The notes: generated by a model from the sequence alone, not told the origin. 64,000 nucleotides of DNA from an uncultured Eubacteriales bacterium (GCA_902795135.1 CADBJW010000002.1:23529-87528); one strand, 5' to 3'; positions 33,310 to 44,211 are shown, numbered from the stretch's first letter. Program-made: numbers and translations.

Positions 33310-34664
33310 TCCCGTTTCCTCTTTAATGATATGAATATACCAATTACGCACATGATAGCAAAAATGATAAACGCTTTATGAATCACGCTGACCAGAACAT
33401 CCGGCGATGCTTCTGTGATCTGCATTCCCGGAATCGTCATAGCCACTATAATCGTTACAATGACCATACTGGATGTCTGTCCGATGGTCCGCATGGTGTT
33501 CAATACCGACGTGGCGACCCCGTAATCCTTCTTCTCAACGCAGGACATAATCGCATTGGTATTAGGCGATGAGAAGAATGAGAATCCAATTCCCGTGATG
33601 ACCAGCGCGCATAGGATGACTGCGAGATTCGTTTCTGCATTTATAAAAACAAAGAACAGAATGCCGACCGCACAAATCCCCATACCGATGGAGGATAACA
33701 CGAAAGGCGAACGTTTATCCGACAGTTTCCCCATAAAAGGTGTCAAAATCGCCATGACCGCTGGCTGGGTAATCAGTATGAGCCCAGCGGTCTGGGAGGT
33801 ATAATCCATGACCACCTGAAGGTATATAGATGTAAGATAACCGATTGCAAATGTCGCCCCATAATTCATCAATGCGGCAACATTGGAAAGGGTGTATCCG
33901 ATGTTTGATTTGAACAGGCTGATGTTCAGTGCCGGATCCTCAGCCTTCAGTTCACGCGTCACAAAAGCAATGCCAAAAATCACACCGGCCACTGTAATCC
34001 ACACAGCACGTTGGCTGCCTCCGATTCCCGACAATCCATACATGAACGCCACGATGAAACAGGAATACAAGAGATTGCCCGGAAGATCAAAAGATCGGCC
34101 TCTGCCCTCGGATTCCTCAGCGGGCAGCCCCCGAATCGCTATCAAAAGCGCCGCAACCGCCAGCACTCCGGAAACGACAAAAATGGACCTCCATCCAAAA
34201 TTCTGATTCAGAATACCGCCTATGACGGGTCCCAATGAAAGACCGATGTACACAGAACCGATGGAATATCCAATGGCCTGACCCCGCATGTTTGGCGGAT
34301 AAGCACTGATCAGAATCGGCGTGTTCGTGCTGAGCACCATGGCACCGCCAATTCCCTGCACCACTCTCATAGCCAGAAGAAACGGCATGGATGGGGAAAA
34401 CACCGCGCCGACGCATCCCGCAATAAAAACAAGGATTCCCAGCACCAGTTCCCGTTCTCTGCTCCAAATATCGGCCAGCCTTCCAAAAGGCACGCTCAAA
34501 GCTGCGATCGTCAGCATGTACCCGGTAATGAGCCATCCAACCACCGATGCTTCGACGGAAAATTCCATACTGATCGATGGAACCGATAGATTTAATGCGC
34601 TGCCGATCAACGACATGGTAAAGGCTGTAATCACCGCTACAGCTGTTGCTGCTTTTCTTCTCAT
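33306..34664 (-). CDS. MFS transporter (multi-TM, drug/metabolite:H+ antiporter-like)
   Basis: 452 aa, hydrophobic throughout. MFS motif GRLADIWSRE. ATGA overlap with the miaB stop. Confidence 0.8.
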   Translation of the reverse strand: MRRKAATAVAVITAFTMSLIGSALNLSVPSISMEFSVEASVVGWLITGYMLTIAALSVPFGRLADIWSRERELVLGILVFIAGCVGAVFSPSMPFLLAMRVVQGIGGAMVLSTNTPILISAYPPNMRGQAIGYSIGSVYIGLSLGPVIGGILNQNFGWRSIFVVSGVLAVAALLIAIRGLPAEESEGRGRSFDLPGNLLYSCFIVAFMYGLSGIGGSQRAVWITVAGVIFGIAFVTRELKAEDPALNISLFKSNIGYTLSNVAALMNYGATFAIGYLTSIYLQVVMDYTSQTAGLILITQPAVMAILTPFMGKLSDKRSPFVLSSIGMGICAVGILFFVFINAETNLAVILCALVITGIGFSFFSSPNTNAIMSCVEKKDYGVATSVLNTMRTIGQTSSMVIVTIIVAMTIPGMQITEASPDVLVSVIHKAFIIFAIMCVIGIFISLKRKRE

Positions 34665-36097
34665 TCTATTAATGCACCTTTTAAGCTAAAGGTGTTCGCG
34701 TCCGTAATTCGGACACCCCGAATCTGTCCGATCAAAGATGCGTCTCCCGGGAAATCAACGAGTTTGAAGGAATCGGTTCTACCGGAAAGCATATCGGAGC
34801 CCTTCTTGCTCAGTCCTTCGATCAGCACGCGTTCGGTGCGGCCAATATAGGCCGCATTTTTTTCACTGCTGCACCGGTTGATCACGTCCACCAGTCGGTT
34901 AAACCGTTCGTGTTTGACCAGTTCCGGAATCTGGTCTTCGTATTCTGCGGCCGGCGTCCCTTTACGAATCGAATAGAGGAACGTAAAGGCCGAATCGTAC
35001 TGCACTTTTTCTGCCAAAGTCAGGGTGTCTTCAAATTCTTCCTCGGTCTCGCCAGGAAAACCTACTATAATATCCGTGCTGATGGCAATGCCCGGAGCCG
35101 CTTCTCGGAGCCTTTGCACCAGATCCAGATACTGCTCTCTGGTGTAACGGCGGTTCATTCGCTTTAGAACTTCTGTACTGCCTGACTGTACCGGAAGATG
35201 GATGTACTTACACAGCTTGCTGCAGTTTGCAAAAGCACCAATCAATCGGTCTGACAGGTCCTTTGGGTGAGACGTCATAAACCGGATACGTTCCAGACCA
35301 TCGATTTCGTTCAGCGCTTCGATAAGATCTGTGAAATCCCACGTAGCGCCATTGGAAGAAAGGCCTTTGTAGGAATTTACGTTCTGACCGAGCAGGGTTA
35401 CTTCCTTTACCTCATCGCGGACCAGATTTTTGATTTCCTCGATGATATCTTCCGGTTTCCGGCTCTTTTCACGTCCTCTCGTATAAGGAACGATGCAGTA
35501 AGAACAGAAATTGTTGCAGCCAAACATAATGTTGACGAAGCTCTTATGGCGATAGAGCCGCTTCGCCGGCAATCCTTCTACGATTTCTGTTTTATCGTCG
35601 TACACCTGTATGACCCGGGTGTTCTTCGCGCTCCGCACGTCATGCTTGGCGATGTTGTACTGCTGCCGGTCTCGCATTTCCTGCTCTGACAGGTGCCGCT
35701 GTTCTTCCTTTCGCTGAAGGGTTCTCGCCTCAAAAAGCTGATCGAGCATATCCGGGAATTCATGAATGTTATGGGTCCCGAAAATAATATCCACCCACGG
35801 ATATTTCTGTTTGACTTCCTGTATAATATGCTCCTGCTGCATCATGCACCCGCACACGCAGGCCACAAAGTCTGGGTTTTTCACTTTGATTTTTTTGAGC
35901 TGACCCAGGGTGCCAAAGAACCGCTTATCCGCGTTTTCTCTGACGCTGCATGTGTTGATGATGGCGATGTCGCTGTCGCCCCGCTCAGGTACCTGAATGT
36001 AGCCCCTTTGCTGCAGCATTCCCGATATGGTTTCGGAGTCATGTTCGTTCATCTGACATCCGAAGGTTGTAATATGATACGTTTTGTTCTCTGCCAT
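34661..36097 (-). CDS. miaB: tRNA-i6A37 methylthiotransferase
   Basis: HITTFGCQMNEHDSE (UPF0004 Cys triad), radical-SAM motif GCNNFCSYCIVP, and a TRAM C-terminus. The start is ATG 36097 or TTG 36109 (uncertain). Confidence 0.85.
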   Translation of the reverse strand: MAENKTYHITTFGCQMNEHDSETISGMLQQRGYIQVPERGDSDIAIINTCSVRENADKRFFGTLGQLKKIKVKNPDFVACVCGCMMQQEHIIQEVKQKYPWVDIIFGTHNIHEFPDMLDQLFEARTLQRKEEQRHLSEQEMRDRQQYNIAKHDVRSAKNTRVIQVYDDKTEIVEGLPAKRLYRHKSFVNIMFGCNNFCSYCIVPYTRGREKSRKPEDIIEEIKNLVRDEVKEVTLLGQNVNSYKGLSSNGATWDFTDLIEALNEIDGLERIRFMTSHPKDLSDRLIGAFANCSKLCKYIHLPVQSGSTEVLKRMNRRYTREQYLDLVQRLREAAPGIAISTDIIVGFPGETEEEFEDTLTLAEKVQYDSAFTFLYSIRKGTPAAEYEDQIPELVKHERFNRLVDVINRCSSEKNAAYIGRTERVLIEGLSKKGSDMLSGRTDSFKLVDFPGDASLIGQIRGVRITDANTFSLKGALIE

Positions 36098-36101
36098 TCT
36101 A

Positions 36102-37106
36102 TCAGTCAAGTTCGTGACGTTTATCTCTTCCCATGAGCATTTCGGCCGCTTCAGACGCGCCGATCTGCCCTTTTGTTACTTTATATATAGCGTCGGTGAT
36201 TGGCATTTCCACGCCGGCGATCTTAGCCAGTTCGTACGCCGCTTCTGCGGTAAACATGCCTTCTACGACCATGCCGACTTTTTCGATGGCTTCTTCCGGT
36301 GCCATACCTTCGCCCATCATAATACCGCAGCGGCGGTTCCTCGAATGCATACTCGTACACGTAACGATCAAATCTCCGGTTCCCGTCAGTCCGGAGAAGG
36401 TTTCCGGCCGTGCACCGAGTTTTACTCCCAGCCTTGTGATTTCGGCCAGACCTCTGGTCATGAGCGCGGCTTTTGCATTGTCGCCAAATCCCATGCCGTC
36501 CGAGATGCCGGCGCCAAGTGCGATGATGTTTTTCAGAGCGCCCCCAAGTTCCACACCGACAACATCGTCTGCGGTATAGACACGGAATCGTCCCGTCATA
36601 AACAGATCCTGGATCTTGCTGGCAGCCTCCATGTTTCTGGAAGCTGTGGCTACTGTGGTCGGCATTCTCCTGCCCACTTCTTCCGCGTGGGACGGTCCGG
36701 ACAGTACCACGTACCGATCCATCACCGCGTCTCCCATAACCTCAACGGCGATTTCCGACATTCTCTTATGAGTGCCCTTCTCGATGCCCTTTGCCACATT
36801 GATGATCAGGGCGTCCTCAGGAATAAAATCCTTCGCTGCTGTGAGGGCGCTTCGGAAATGCTGCGCCGGTGCCGAAAACAGTACGACATCTGCCGACTGG
36901 AGCGCCTCTTCGCTGGAATAAACCATGGTAATGTTATCACTCAAGGAGACCCCCGGAAGATAGTCAACATTTTCACGGTATTTTTCCATGGACTTCAAGT
37001 GCTTTTCGTCAACATCGAAGATTTTGACTTTGTTGCCTTTGTCCGCCACGACGGTAGCTAAGGCCGTCCCCCAACTGCCTGCTCCTATTACGCCTATGTT
37101 ACTCAT
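36102..37106 (-). CDS. gpsA: NAD(P)H-dependent glycerol-3-phosphate dehydrogenase
   Basis: GAAGGAGG RBS before ATG 37106. Has IGVIGAGSWGTALA and the GLKNI-type motif GGALKNIIALGAG. Confidence 0.9.
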   Translation of the reverse strand: MSNIGVIGAGSWGTALATVVADKGNKVKIFDVDEKHLKSMEKYRENVDYLPGVSLSDNITMVYSSEEALQSADVVLFSAPAQHFRSALTAAKDFIPEDALIINVAKGIEKGTHKRMSEIAVEVMGDAVMDRYVVLSGPSHAEEVGRRMPTTVATASRNMEAASKIQDLFMTGRFRVYTADDVVGVELGGALKNIIALGAGISDGMGFGDNAKAALMTRGLAEITRLGVKLGARPETFSGLTGTGDLIVTCTSMHSRNRRCGIMMGEGMAPEEAIEKVGMVVEGMFTAEAAYELAKIAGVEMPITDAIYKVTKGQIGASEAAEMLMGRDKRHELD

Positions 37107-37758
37107 TTCCAAGTCCTCCTTCATCGGTTTCTGTTTGCTCTTCTTGATCTTTTTTATCTTTCTTTTCGAATATTCCCATAATCGGCTCTTCGCCGTGTAT
37201 CAACCTGACGATATTTGCCCGGTGCTTCACGATCATGATAATCGCCATGACACAGGCAAATAGGAAAAATCCCGGTTCCAGAAATATGGACAGTACCGCA
37301 AACGCTACGGCACCGATTATCGACCCCAGAGACATTCTCTTTGATGTGAATACGATAATGGCCACGATCACCAGTGAAATCAGCGCCAACAGCGGATTGA
37401 CCGCAAGCACTGCCCCAAAGGCTGTCGCGACGCCTTTGCCGCCCTTGAATTTGTACACGATGGGCCACACGTGTCCCAGGAATACGCAAAGGGCACAAAG
37501 ATAGGCGCCTGCGTTGCCGAGAACCAGTGTCCCGATCAGTACGGCGACTACGCCTTTGAGAATGTCCACGATGCAGGTGATCGCGCCGGCTTTTTTACCC
37601 ATGACACGCAGGGCGTTGGTCGTTCCGGCATTGCCGCTTCCTTCTTTTTTGATGTCCAGACCCTGTCGTTTCGCCATGATCGTCGATGGTGAAATATTGC
37701 CGATCAAATAGGCAATCACTCCCAGGATCCCCAGCCAGAGATAATACGTCATAGCCAT
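37099..37758 (-). CDS. plsY: Glycerol-3-phosphate acyltransferase PlsY
   Basis: 219 aa membrane protein. Motifs: GSGNAGTTN, FKGGKGVAT. Confidence 0.9.
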   Translation of the reverse strand: MAMTYYLWLGILGVIAYLIGNISPSTIMAKRQGLDIKKEGSGNAGTTNALRVMGKKAGAITCIVDILKGVVAVLIGTLVLGNAGAYLCALCVFLGHVWPIVYKFKGGKGVATAFGAVLAVNPLLALISLVIVAIIVFTSKRMSLGSIIGAVAFAVLSIFLEPGFFLFACVMAIIMIVKHRANIVRLIHGEEPIMGIFEKKDKKDQEEQTETDEGGLGNE

Positions 37759-37759
37759 C

Positions 37760-39088
37760 TTAAAATTCCTCTTCTTTCTCGCCTTTTTCTCTGAATACGA
37801 ATTTCAGAGAAGTCCCTTCAAACCCAAACGCTTCTCGAATTTTGTTCTCCAGATATCTGGAATAAGAAAAGTGCATCAAAGGCCTTGCGTTGATTTTGAA
37901 TGAAAACAGCGGCGGCTTAACGCCAACCTGGGTGACGTAGTAAATTTTTAATCTCTTACCTTTATCCGCCGGCGGCTGCTTCATCATCGTTGCGTCGGTA
38001 ATCAGGGTATTGAGCTGTCCAGTCGGTACACGCATAGCACGGTTTTCTGCTACGTATTTCGCCATGTCAATGACCTGATTGACCCGCTGTCCCGTAAGGG
38101 CAGAAATAAAGACCGACGGTGCGTAGGACATAAAGCCCAATTCTCTAGCAATGTCTTTTTTGAAGGCATTCATGGTTCCCGTCTCTTTTTCGATCAGATC
38201 CCATTTGTTTACTACGATGACAATGCCTTTGCCCGCCTCGTGGGCGATGCCTGCGATTTTCTTATCCTGCTCCGTCACGCCTTCCTGGGCGTCGATCATG
38301 AGCAGACAGACGTCACACCGCTCGATGGCCGCAACGGCTCTAAGAACACTGAATTTCTCAATGTTTTCGTTGACTTTGCTTTTGCGCCGGATCCCGGCGG
38401 TGTCGATCAGGATGTACTTTTCTCCGTCGTGCTCAAAGGGTGTATCGATGGAATCCCGGGTCGTTCCCGCAATGGGCGATACGATGACGCGGTTTTCCCC
38501 GAGGATCTTATTGATCAGGGATGACTTGCCCACATTCGGTTTGCCGATCATGGCGATCTTAATGGACTCCTCTTCTTCCTGACCAGCACCTTCCGGAAAA
38601 CTAGCGACGATTTCGTCCAGCAGGTCTCCCAGATTCAGCATATTGGATGAAGAAATGGGAATTGGTTCTCCCAATCCCAATTCATAAAAATCATAAAAAT
38701 CATCCGGCAGCTCCGGCTTATCGATTTTGTTGACGGCAAGAACGACTTTTTTACCGGTCTTCATCAACATTTCACCCACTTCCCGGTCCGCTGCAGTGAG
38801 TCCTTCTTTCCCATCTACCATAAACAGAATCACGTCCGACGTATCCATGGCCATCTCCGCCTGCTCCCGCATCTGCGAAAGGATGACATCTTTGCTGTCC
38901 GGTTCTATGCCGCCTGTATCGATCAGGGCAAAGTGCACCCCGCACCATTCGGCTTCGGCGTAGATCCGATCCCGCGTAACGCCCGGCGTGTCTTCGACGA
39001 TGGAAACTCTTCTTCCTACGATCTTATTAAAAAATGTCGATTTCCCTACGTTCGGTCTGCCAACTACGGCAACTAGTGGTGTGCTCAT
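37760..39088 (-). CDS. der: Ribosome-biogenesis GTPase Der/EngA (tandem GTPase domains + KH-like)
   Basis: 442 aa. Two P-loops: GRPNVGKST and GKPNVGKSS. Confidence 0.9.
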   Translation of the reverse strand: MSTPLVAVVGRPNVGKSTFFNKIVGRRVSIVEDTPGVTRDRIYAEAEWCGVHFALIDTGGIEPDSKDVILSQMREQAEMAMDTSDVILFMVDGKEGLTAADREVGEMLMKTGKKVVLAVNKIDKPELPDDFYDFYELGLGEPIPISSSNMLNLGDLLDEIVASFPEGAGQEEEESIKIAMIGKPNVGKSSLINKILGENRVIVSPIAGTTRDSIDTPFEHDGEKYILIDTAGIRRKSKVNENIEKFSVLRAVAAIERCDVCLLMIDAQEGVTEQDKKIAGIAHEAGKGIVIVVNKWDLIEKETGTMNAFKKDIARELGFMSYAPSVFISALTGQRVNQVIDMAKYVAENRAMRVPTGQLNTLITDATMMKQPPADKGKRLKIYYVTQVGVKPPLFSFKINARPLMHFSYSRYLENKIREAFGFEGTSLKFVFREKGEKEEEF

Positions 39089-39978
39089 TGAAATATTCCT
39101 TCCGCAAAATCAACCGGATCGAATTCCTTCAGATCCTCGATTCCTTCTCCAAGTCCTACAAACTTTACCGGCAGATCAAACTCATCGGCTATGGTCAGGA
39201 CGATACCTCCCTTCGCCGTTCCGTCCAGTTTCGTCAGAACGATGCCCGTCACATCGGCCGTTTCTCCGAATTCGGCAACCTGTGAAACGGCATTCTTGCC
39301 CGTTGTGGCATCCAGGACGAGCAGGTTTTCCCGCGAGGCTTCCGGCCATTCTCTGCCGATGACTTTGTTCATTTTGTTCAGTTCGTCCATCAGGTTCTTT
39401 TTGTTCTGCAGACGACCGGCTGTATCGCAAATCAGAACATCAATGTTCTTCGCCTTTGCGGACTGTATGGCGTCGTAAATAACGGCCGATGGATCGGCTC
39501 CTTCCGCATGCCGGATCACGTTGACTCCCACGCGTTCTCCCCAAATGCAAAGCTGCTCACTGGCCGCTGCACGGAAGGTGTCCGCGGCAGCCATCATGAC
39601 TGTCTTGCCCTGTTTCTTAAGCATGTATGCAATCTTTCCGATGGACGTGGTTTTGCCCCCGCCGTTGATGCCGATCATGAGAATGACCAGTGGATACTCC
39701 TGACAGAGCTTTTGCTTGTCGCCCTTGTTTATGAAATCCGCAATGATCTTCCCAAGTCTGATCTTGATGACGGATGGTTTTGTCATGTTGTTCGCCTGGA
39801 CTTCCGATCGCAGGGTCTCTACGATTTTCACGGTCGTTTCCATTCCGATGTCCGATGTGATGAGTATCTCTTCGAGTTCGTCAAAAAAGTCTTCATCGAT
39901 GGTTGGCCGCATCGCCAGGGCGTCACTGACTCTCTGTGACAGTTTTCCGAAAAATCCTTTTTTCTCCTGTGTTATCAT
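39085..39978 (-). CDS. ftsY: Signal recognition particle receptor FtsY (NG domain only)
   Basis: 297 aa. Motifs: [28 protein letters not shown]. Confidence 0.9.
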   Translation of the reverse strand: MITQEKKGFFGKLSQRVSDALAMRPTIDEDFFDELEEILITSDIGMETTVKIVETLRSEVQANNMTKPSVIKIRLGKIIADFINKGDKQKLCQEYPLVILMIGINGGGKTTSIGKIAYMLKKQGKTVMMAAADTFRAAASEQLCIWGERVGVNVIRHAEGADPSAVIYDAIQSAKAKNIDVLICDTAGRLQNKKNLMDELNKMNKVIGREWPEASRENLLVLDATTGKNAVSQVAEFGETADVTGIVLTKLDGTAKGGIVLTIADEFDLPVKFVGLGEGIEDLKEFDPVDFAEGIFQ

Positions 39979-39995
39979 GTTTCCTCCAAAGTCTG

Positions 39996-42900
39996 CTAAT
40001 TTTCAAGATCCAGTGAAAGGATCTTTGATACACCCTTTTCCGGCATCGTCACTCCATAGAGCACGTCTGCGTGTTCCATGGTTGCCTTTTGGTGCGTTAC
40101 TAATGCGAACTGTATGTTTCTAAACTGTCTGAGACAATCGATAAACCGATCGATGTTCGCATCGTCCAGGGCTGCCTCAACCTCATCCAAAATGCAGAAT
40201 GGGGTCGGTTTCGCCTGCAGTACTGCGAACATGAGGGCGATTGCCGTCAATGTTTTCTCTCCACCGGATAAAAGATTGATGGTCTGCAGTTTCTTGCCCG
40301 GCGGCTGTGCTACGATATCGATATTTGATTCCAGAGGATTCTCTTCATCGGAAAGCCTGAGTTCCGCATGTCCTCCTCCAAAGAGGCGTTGGAACTGTTC
40401 CTCGAAATTGACGACGATCTCATCGAAGCTGCTCTTGAAGCGCTGGCGAATGGTTTTGTCCATATCGGAGATGATACCGTTCAGCTGATCCATGGCTTCC
40501 TGAATGTCCGCCTGCTGCGTTGTCAAAAATTCATACCGTTCACGAACCGTTTCGTATTCTTCAATGGCACCGACATTGACTTCGCCCAGCTCCTTGATCC
40601 GGTTCTTGATTTGCCGGTTCTCCTTGACCGCGGAAGACATGACAAATTCGTCGGATTTGAACTCCATGGCCTGAATATAGGAAACTTCGAAGTCTTCCCA
40701 CAGTTTTTCCTTTAAGGATTCCAACTGGGTTTCGTTCTTCGCCTTTCGCACATCCAAATCGTACTTCTGATCCTGCAGAGTCTGAAGTTTCTGCGACAGC
40801 CGCTCCCGTTCTTCATTGATCCGGTTGATTTCAGCAGTCAGCGTCGCTTTCTCTTCTGTAATATCGCGAAGGTATTCGTCGGCGTTGTTTCGGATTTCTT
40901 CTTTTTCCCGAATCAGTCCGTCAATATCTGTATGTCCGGAAGTCAGTTCGGCCTTTTCTTCGGCCATGGATTGCAGGCTGCTGTCTTTGGTCTTGATATC
41001 CTGGTCGATTTCAAGAATGGTTTCTGTGATCCTGCCAACGATATCCTCGGCGTGACTCTTTCTCTGACTGCAGCTTGTCACCGCGATTCTGGCTTTTGTA
41101 ATTTCCTCACTGATCTGATCAAACTCTGCCTTTTTCGCGTCGCATTCTTCCAGCTTGCGTTCGCTGAGCTGCTTCGTTTCTTCGATTTCCTGTTCGCTTG
41201 CAAGAATCTTTTCTTTCAGTTCTTCGACCATGTGGACCGAACGATCGTGTTCTTCCCGAATGCTGGCAAGTTCTTTTTCAACTTTTTCGCTGCTACTTTT
41301 GATATCCTTAAGCGCCGTTTCCGCGAAAACGATTTCGTTATCCTTTGCGATCAGCGCATGCTCGGCAGCACGGATTTCTCCTTCGATTCGGCCGATGTCA
41401 CTGGTAAAGGTACGGATGTTTTCCCGGAGTGTTCCCAAACGGTCCTCGTTTTTTGCCTGCTTTGCAGACAACTCGGTAATCTGTGTCTGCAGCTGGGCGA
41501 TTTCCGTCTTTCTCTCGAGAATATTCGCCGTTTTATTTTTGTATTTGCCGCCTGTGATCGCGCCGCCGGAATTGATGATTTCCCCTTCCAGCGTAACGAC
41601 CCGCATTCCGGAAAGCTTCTTCGAGATCCGGACCGCGTGATCCATGTTGTCTACGATGACGACTCTGCCCAACAGGTATTTGACCACTTCCTCATATCTG
41701 CCGTCGTAGTCGACACACTCCGGTCCAAACCCGGTGAATCCGGCTTCCGTCCGCAGTTTGTCGTCCATGTAGCTTCCTGAACGAATGGATTTCAAAGGCA
41801 GGAAGGTCATCCTGCCGGCCTTGTTTTCTTTTAGAGAGCGAATCGCACCCTTTGCGCTTTCATCGTCTTCACATACGATGTTCTGCAGCGCTGCTCCAAG
41901 AGCCGTCTCGATGGCGATTTCATAGCCCTTTGGCACTTGGATCAGATCCGCCACAACACCGTGGATTCCGGAAAGCCCAGATTTCATAATATGCTTGACG
42001 GCGTAATTGTAGCCCTCGTAATTGCTTTCCATTTCCTCGATGGTCTTTTTTCTCGCAGAAAGCCGGCCCATTTGGATTCTCAATTCTTCCGATGCTTTTG
42101 CAAGGGCCCGTTCCTCTTCCTGGTCTGCGTGATACGCTTCACGCATTTTCTCCGCCCGGGTTTTCTTTTCTTCCAGATCCTCTTCCAGTTCTTTGCGCTC
42201 ATTTCTCGCCGCATTGAGACCGTCCATAGTTTCCCGGTTACTGGAATCGCCGCTGGTTTTCTCGTTGATCAGAGCCTCTTTTCTCTTTTCGAGGGTTTCC
42301 TGCAAAAGCTCCAGACTATTGATTTCAGCTTTCCCGGAATTGATTTCTGTGGACAGCTCAAAGACCTTGCTCCGGTATTCATCGGCTTCTTCCGTCAGGC
42401 GGGCAACCTCCTCGGTCAGGCGGTCGTATTCTCCCGTCTTCTCTGCCAGCACGGCTTCTGCCTGTGCCGTTTCTTCATCGATTTCTTTTTTCTCCACCGC
42501 AAAGGCTTCTGCGTTGGAAAGCTCCCGTTCCTTTCGTTCCTGAAGCTCTGCGATTTCTGCATGCAGACGCTGGGAACTGCTTTCTATGGCAGCCAGCCGT
42601 TCCTTGTCCACTTCGCCCTTATTCACGGCCGCATTCAAGTCGTCGACCGCTTTCAAAAGCTTTTCTCTGGACTCAACGGACAGTGCTTCCAATGCCTCGT
42701 TTCTGGTAATGGATTCGTTATACTTCTCGTCCAGAGACTGTTTGTTTTCTTTCACATCATCGATGGAACAGGTGACTTCCATCAAATCGTCTTTGGCATA
42801 TTCGTTTTTTAATTCCAGATTCTCAACGTTTTTCAGGATAATGTTGATTTCCAGTTCTTTATGCCGGTCCCGAAGCTTCAGGTATTCCTTCGCCTTAACG

Positions 42901-43526
42901 CTGTCTTCCCGAAGTCCATCAATACGGCCTTCGATTTCGCCGATGATATCCTGCACGCGGTCCATATTCAGCGTCGTAGACTGAAGTTTTCGCTCTGCCT
43001 CGGCTTTCTTGGTCCTGTAAGCCACGACTCCGGCCGCTTCTTCAAAGATCTCACGTCGGGATTCTGTTTTATTGCTGATAATGTCGGAGATTTTACCCTG
43101 ACCGATCAGGGAATATCCATCCACTCCGATTCCTGTATCCATAATCAGTTTCCGGATGTCTCTGAGCCGACACTGGTTTCCGTTTATGTGATATTCACTT
43201 TCCCCGGACCGGAACATCCGTCTGGTGATAGCAACTTCTTTATAGTCGATCGGCAAAACATCGTCATTGTTGTCAATAACCAGTGTGACTTCCGCCATCC
43301 CTCTTGATTTACGGCTGGACGTTCCGTTAAAAATCACGTCCTCCATCTTGCCGCCTCTGAGCATAGACGGGCTCTGTTCTCCCAAAACCCACCGTATGGC
43401 GTCACTGATATTGCTCTTACCGCTTCCATTCGGTCCGACAATGCCGGTGATTCCGTCATTGAATTCTATTGTTACAGGTTCCGCGAAGGACTTGAATCCT
43501 TGCATCTCGATTCTCTTAAAAAACAT
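39996..43526 (-). CDS. smc: Chromosome segregation protein SMC
   Basis: AAGGAG RBS before ATG 43526. Has GPNGSGKSN, long coiled coils, a hinge, LSGGEKTLTAIAL and a Walker B ILDEVEAALD. Confidence 0.9.
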   Translation of the reverse strand: MFFKRIEMQGFKSFAEPVTIEFNDGITGIVGPNGSGKSNISDAIRWVLGEQSPSMLRGGKMEDVIFNGTSSRKSRGMAEVTLVIDNNDDVLPIDYKEVAITRRMFRSGESEYHINGNQCRLRDIRKLIMDTGIGVDGYSLIGQGKISDIISNKTESRREIFEEAAGVVAYRTKKAEAERKLQSTTLNMDRVQDIIGEIEGRIDGLREDSVKAKEYLKLRDRHKELEINIILKNVENLELKNEYAKDDLMEVTCSIDDVKENKQSLDEKYNESITRNEALEALSVESREKLLKAVDDLNAAVNKGEVDKERLAAIESSSQRLHAEIAELQERKERELSNAEAFAVEKKEIDEETAQAEAVLAEKTGEYDRLTEEVARLTEEADEYRSKVFELSTEINSGKAEINSLELLQETLEKRKEALINEKTSGDSSNRETMDGLNAARNERKELEEDLEEKKTRAEKMREAYHADQEEERALAKASEELRIQMGRLSARKKTIEEMESNYEGYNYAVKHIMKSGLSGIHGVVADLIQVPKGYEIAIETALGAALQNIVCEDDESAKGAIRSLKENKAGRMTFLPLKSIRSGSYMDDKLRTEAGFTGFGPECVDYDGRYEEVVKYLLGRVVIVDNMDHAVRISKKLSGMRVVTLEGEIINSGGAITGGKYKNKTANILERKTEIAQLQTQITELSAKQAKNEDRLGTLRENIRTFTSDIGRIEGEIRAAEHALIAKDNEIVFAETALKDIKSSSEKVEKELASIREEHDRSVHMVEELKEKILASEQEIEETKQLSERKLEECDAKKAEFDQISEEITKARIAVTSCSQRKSHAEDIVGRITETILEIDQDIKTKDSSLQSMAEEKAELTSGHTDIDGLIREKEEIRNNADEYLRDITEEKATLTAEINRINEERERLSQKLQTLQDQKYDLDVRKAKNETQLESLKEKLWEDFEVSYIQAMEFKSDEFVMSSAVKENRQIKNRIKELGEVNVGAIEEYETVRERYEFLTTQQADIQEAMDQLNGIISDMDKTIRQRFKSSFDEIVVNFEEQFQRLFGGGHAELRLSDEENPLESNIDIVAQPPGKKLQTINLLSGGEKTLTAIALMFAVLQAKPTPFCILDEVEAALDDANIDRFIDCLRQFRNIQFALVTHQKATMEHADVLYGVTMPEKGVSKILSLDLEN

Positions 43527-44211
43527 CTTTTCTCCTTTTGAGGGCAGCTTCCGCCGCATTCTGCTCCGCCTGCTTTATGGACTTGCCCGTGCCCTCTGCC
43601 TCGTAATTGCCGTCTATCATCAGGTCAACGCGAAACGTTTTATTATGATCCGGACCGGATTCTCCTGCCAGCACGTATTTGATCGCAACATTTCCCTCCT
43701 GTTGCAAAAGCTCCTGCAGCGCGGTCTTGTAATCCGTCACGATGTACTTACCGTGTCTTGCATCCTCCAGTACATCGGCGAATTGCTGGAGCACCATTTT
43801 CCGGGCAGCCTCAAAGCCTCCGTCAAGGTATACCGCGCCGATGATTGCTTCCATGGCATCGGCAAGAATCGAAGGCTTGCTTCTGCCTCCGGTCTTTTCC
43901 TCGCCCCTTCCCAGAAGCAGATACTGCCCCAATCCGAGCTCCTCCGCCTTTATGGAAAGAGATTTTTCACACACGATGGTTGCTCTTATGCGTGACAAAA
44001 AACCTTCCTCTTGATCAGGAAAGCTTTTGAATAATTCTTCTCCGATGATTGCATCAAAAAACGCATCACCCAGAAACTCCAGTCTCTCATTGCACTTAAG
44101 ACTTCGGTTCTTTTCTCTTGTATAGGAACTGTGAGTCACCGCTGTTTCAAGAAGATGGATCTCCTTGAATGAATAGCCTAGCTTGCTCTCAAGTTCTTTG
44201 ATTTCATTCAT
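43516..44211 (-). CDS. rnc: Ribonuclease III
   Basis: 231 aa. NERLEFLGDA signature and a C-terminal dsRBD. Confidence 0.9.
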   Translation of the reverse strand: MNEIKELESKLGYSFKEIHLLETAVTHSSYTREKNRSLKCNERLEFLGDAFFDAIIGEELFKSFPDQEEGFLSRIRATIVCEKSLSIKAEELGLGQYLLLGRGEEKTGGRSKPSILADAMEAIIGAVYLDGGFEAARKMVLQQFADVLEDARHGKYIVTDYKTALQELLQQEGNVAIKYVLAGESGPDHNKTFRVDLMIDGNYEAEGTGKSIKQAEQNAAEAALKRRKDVF

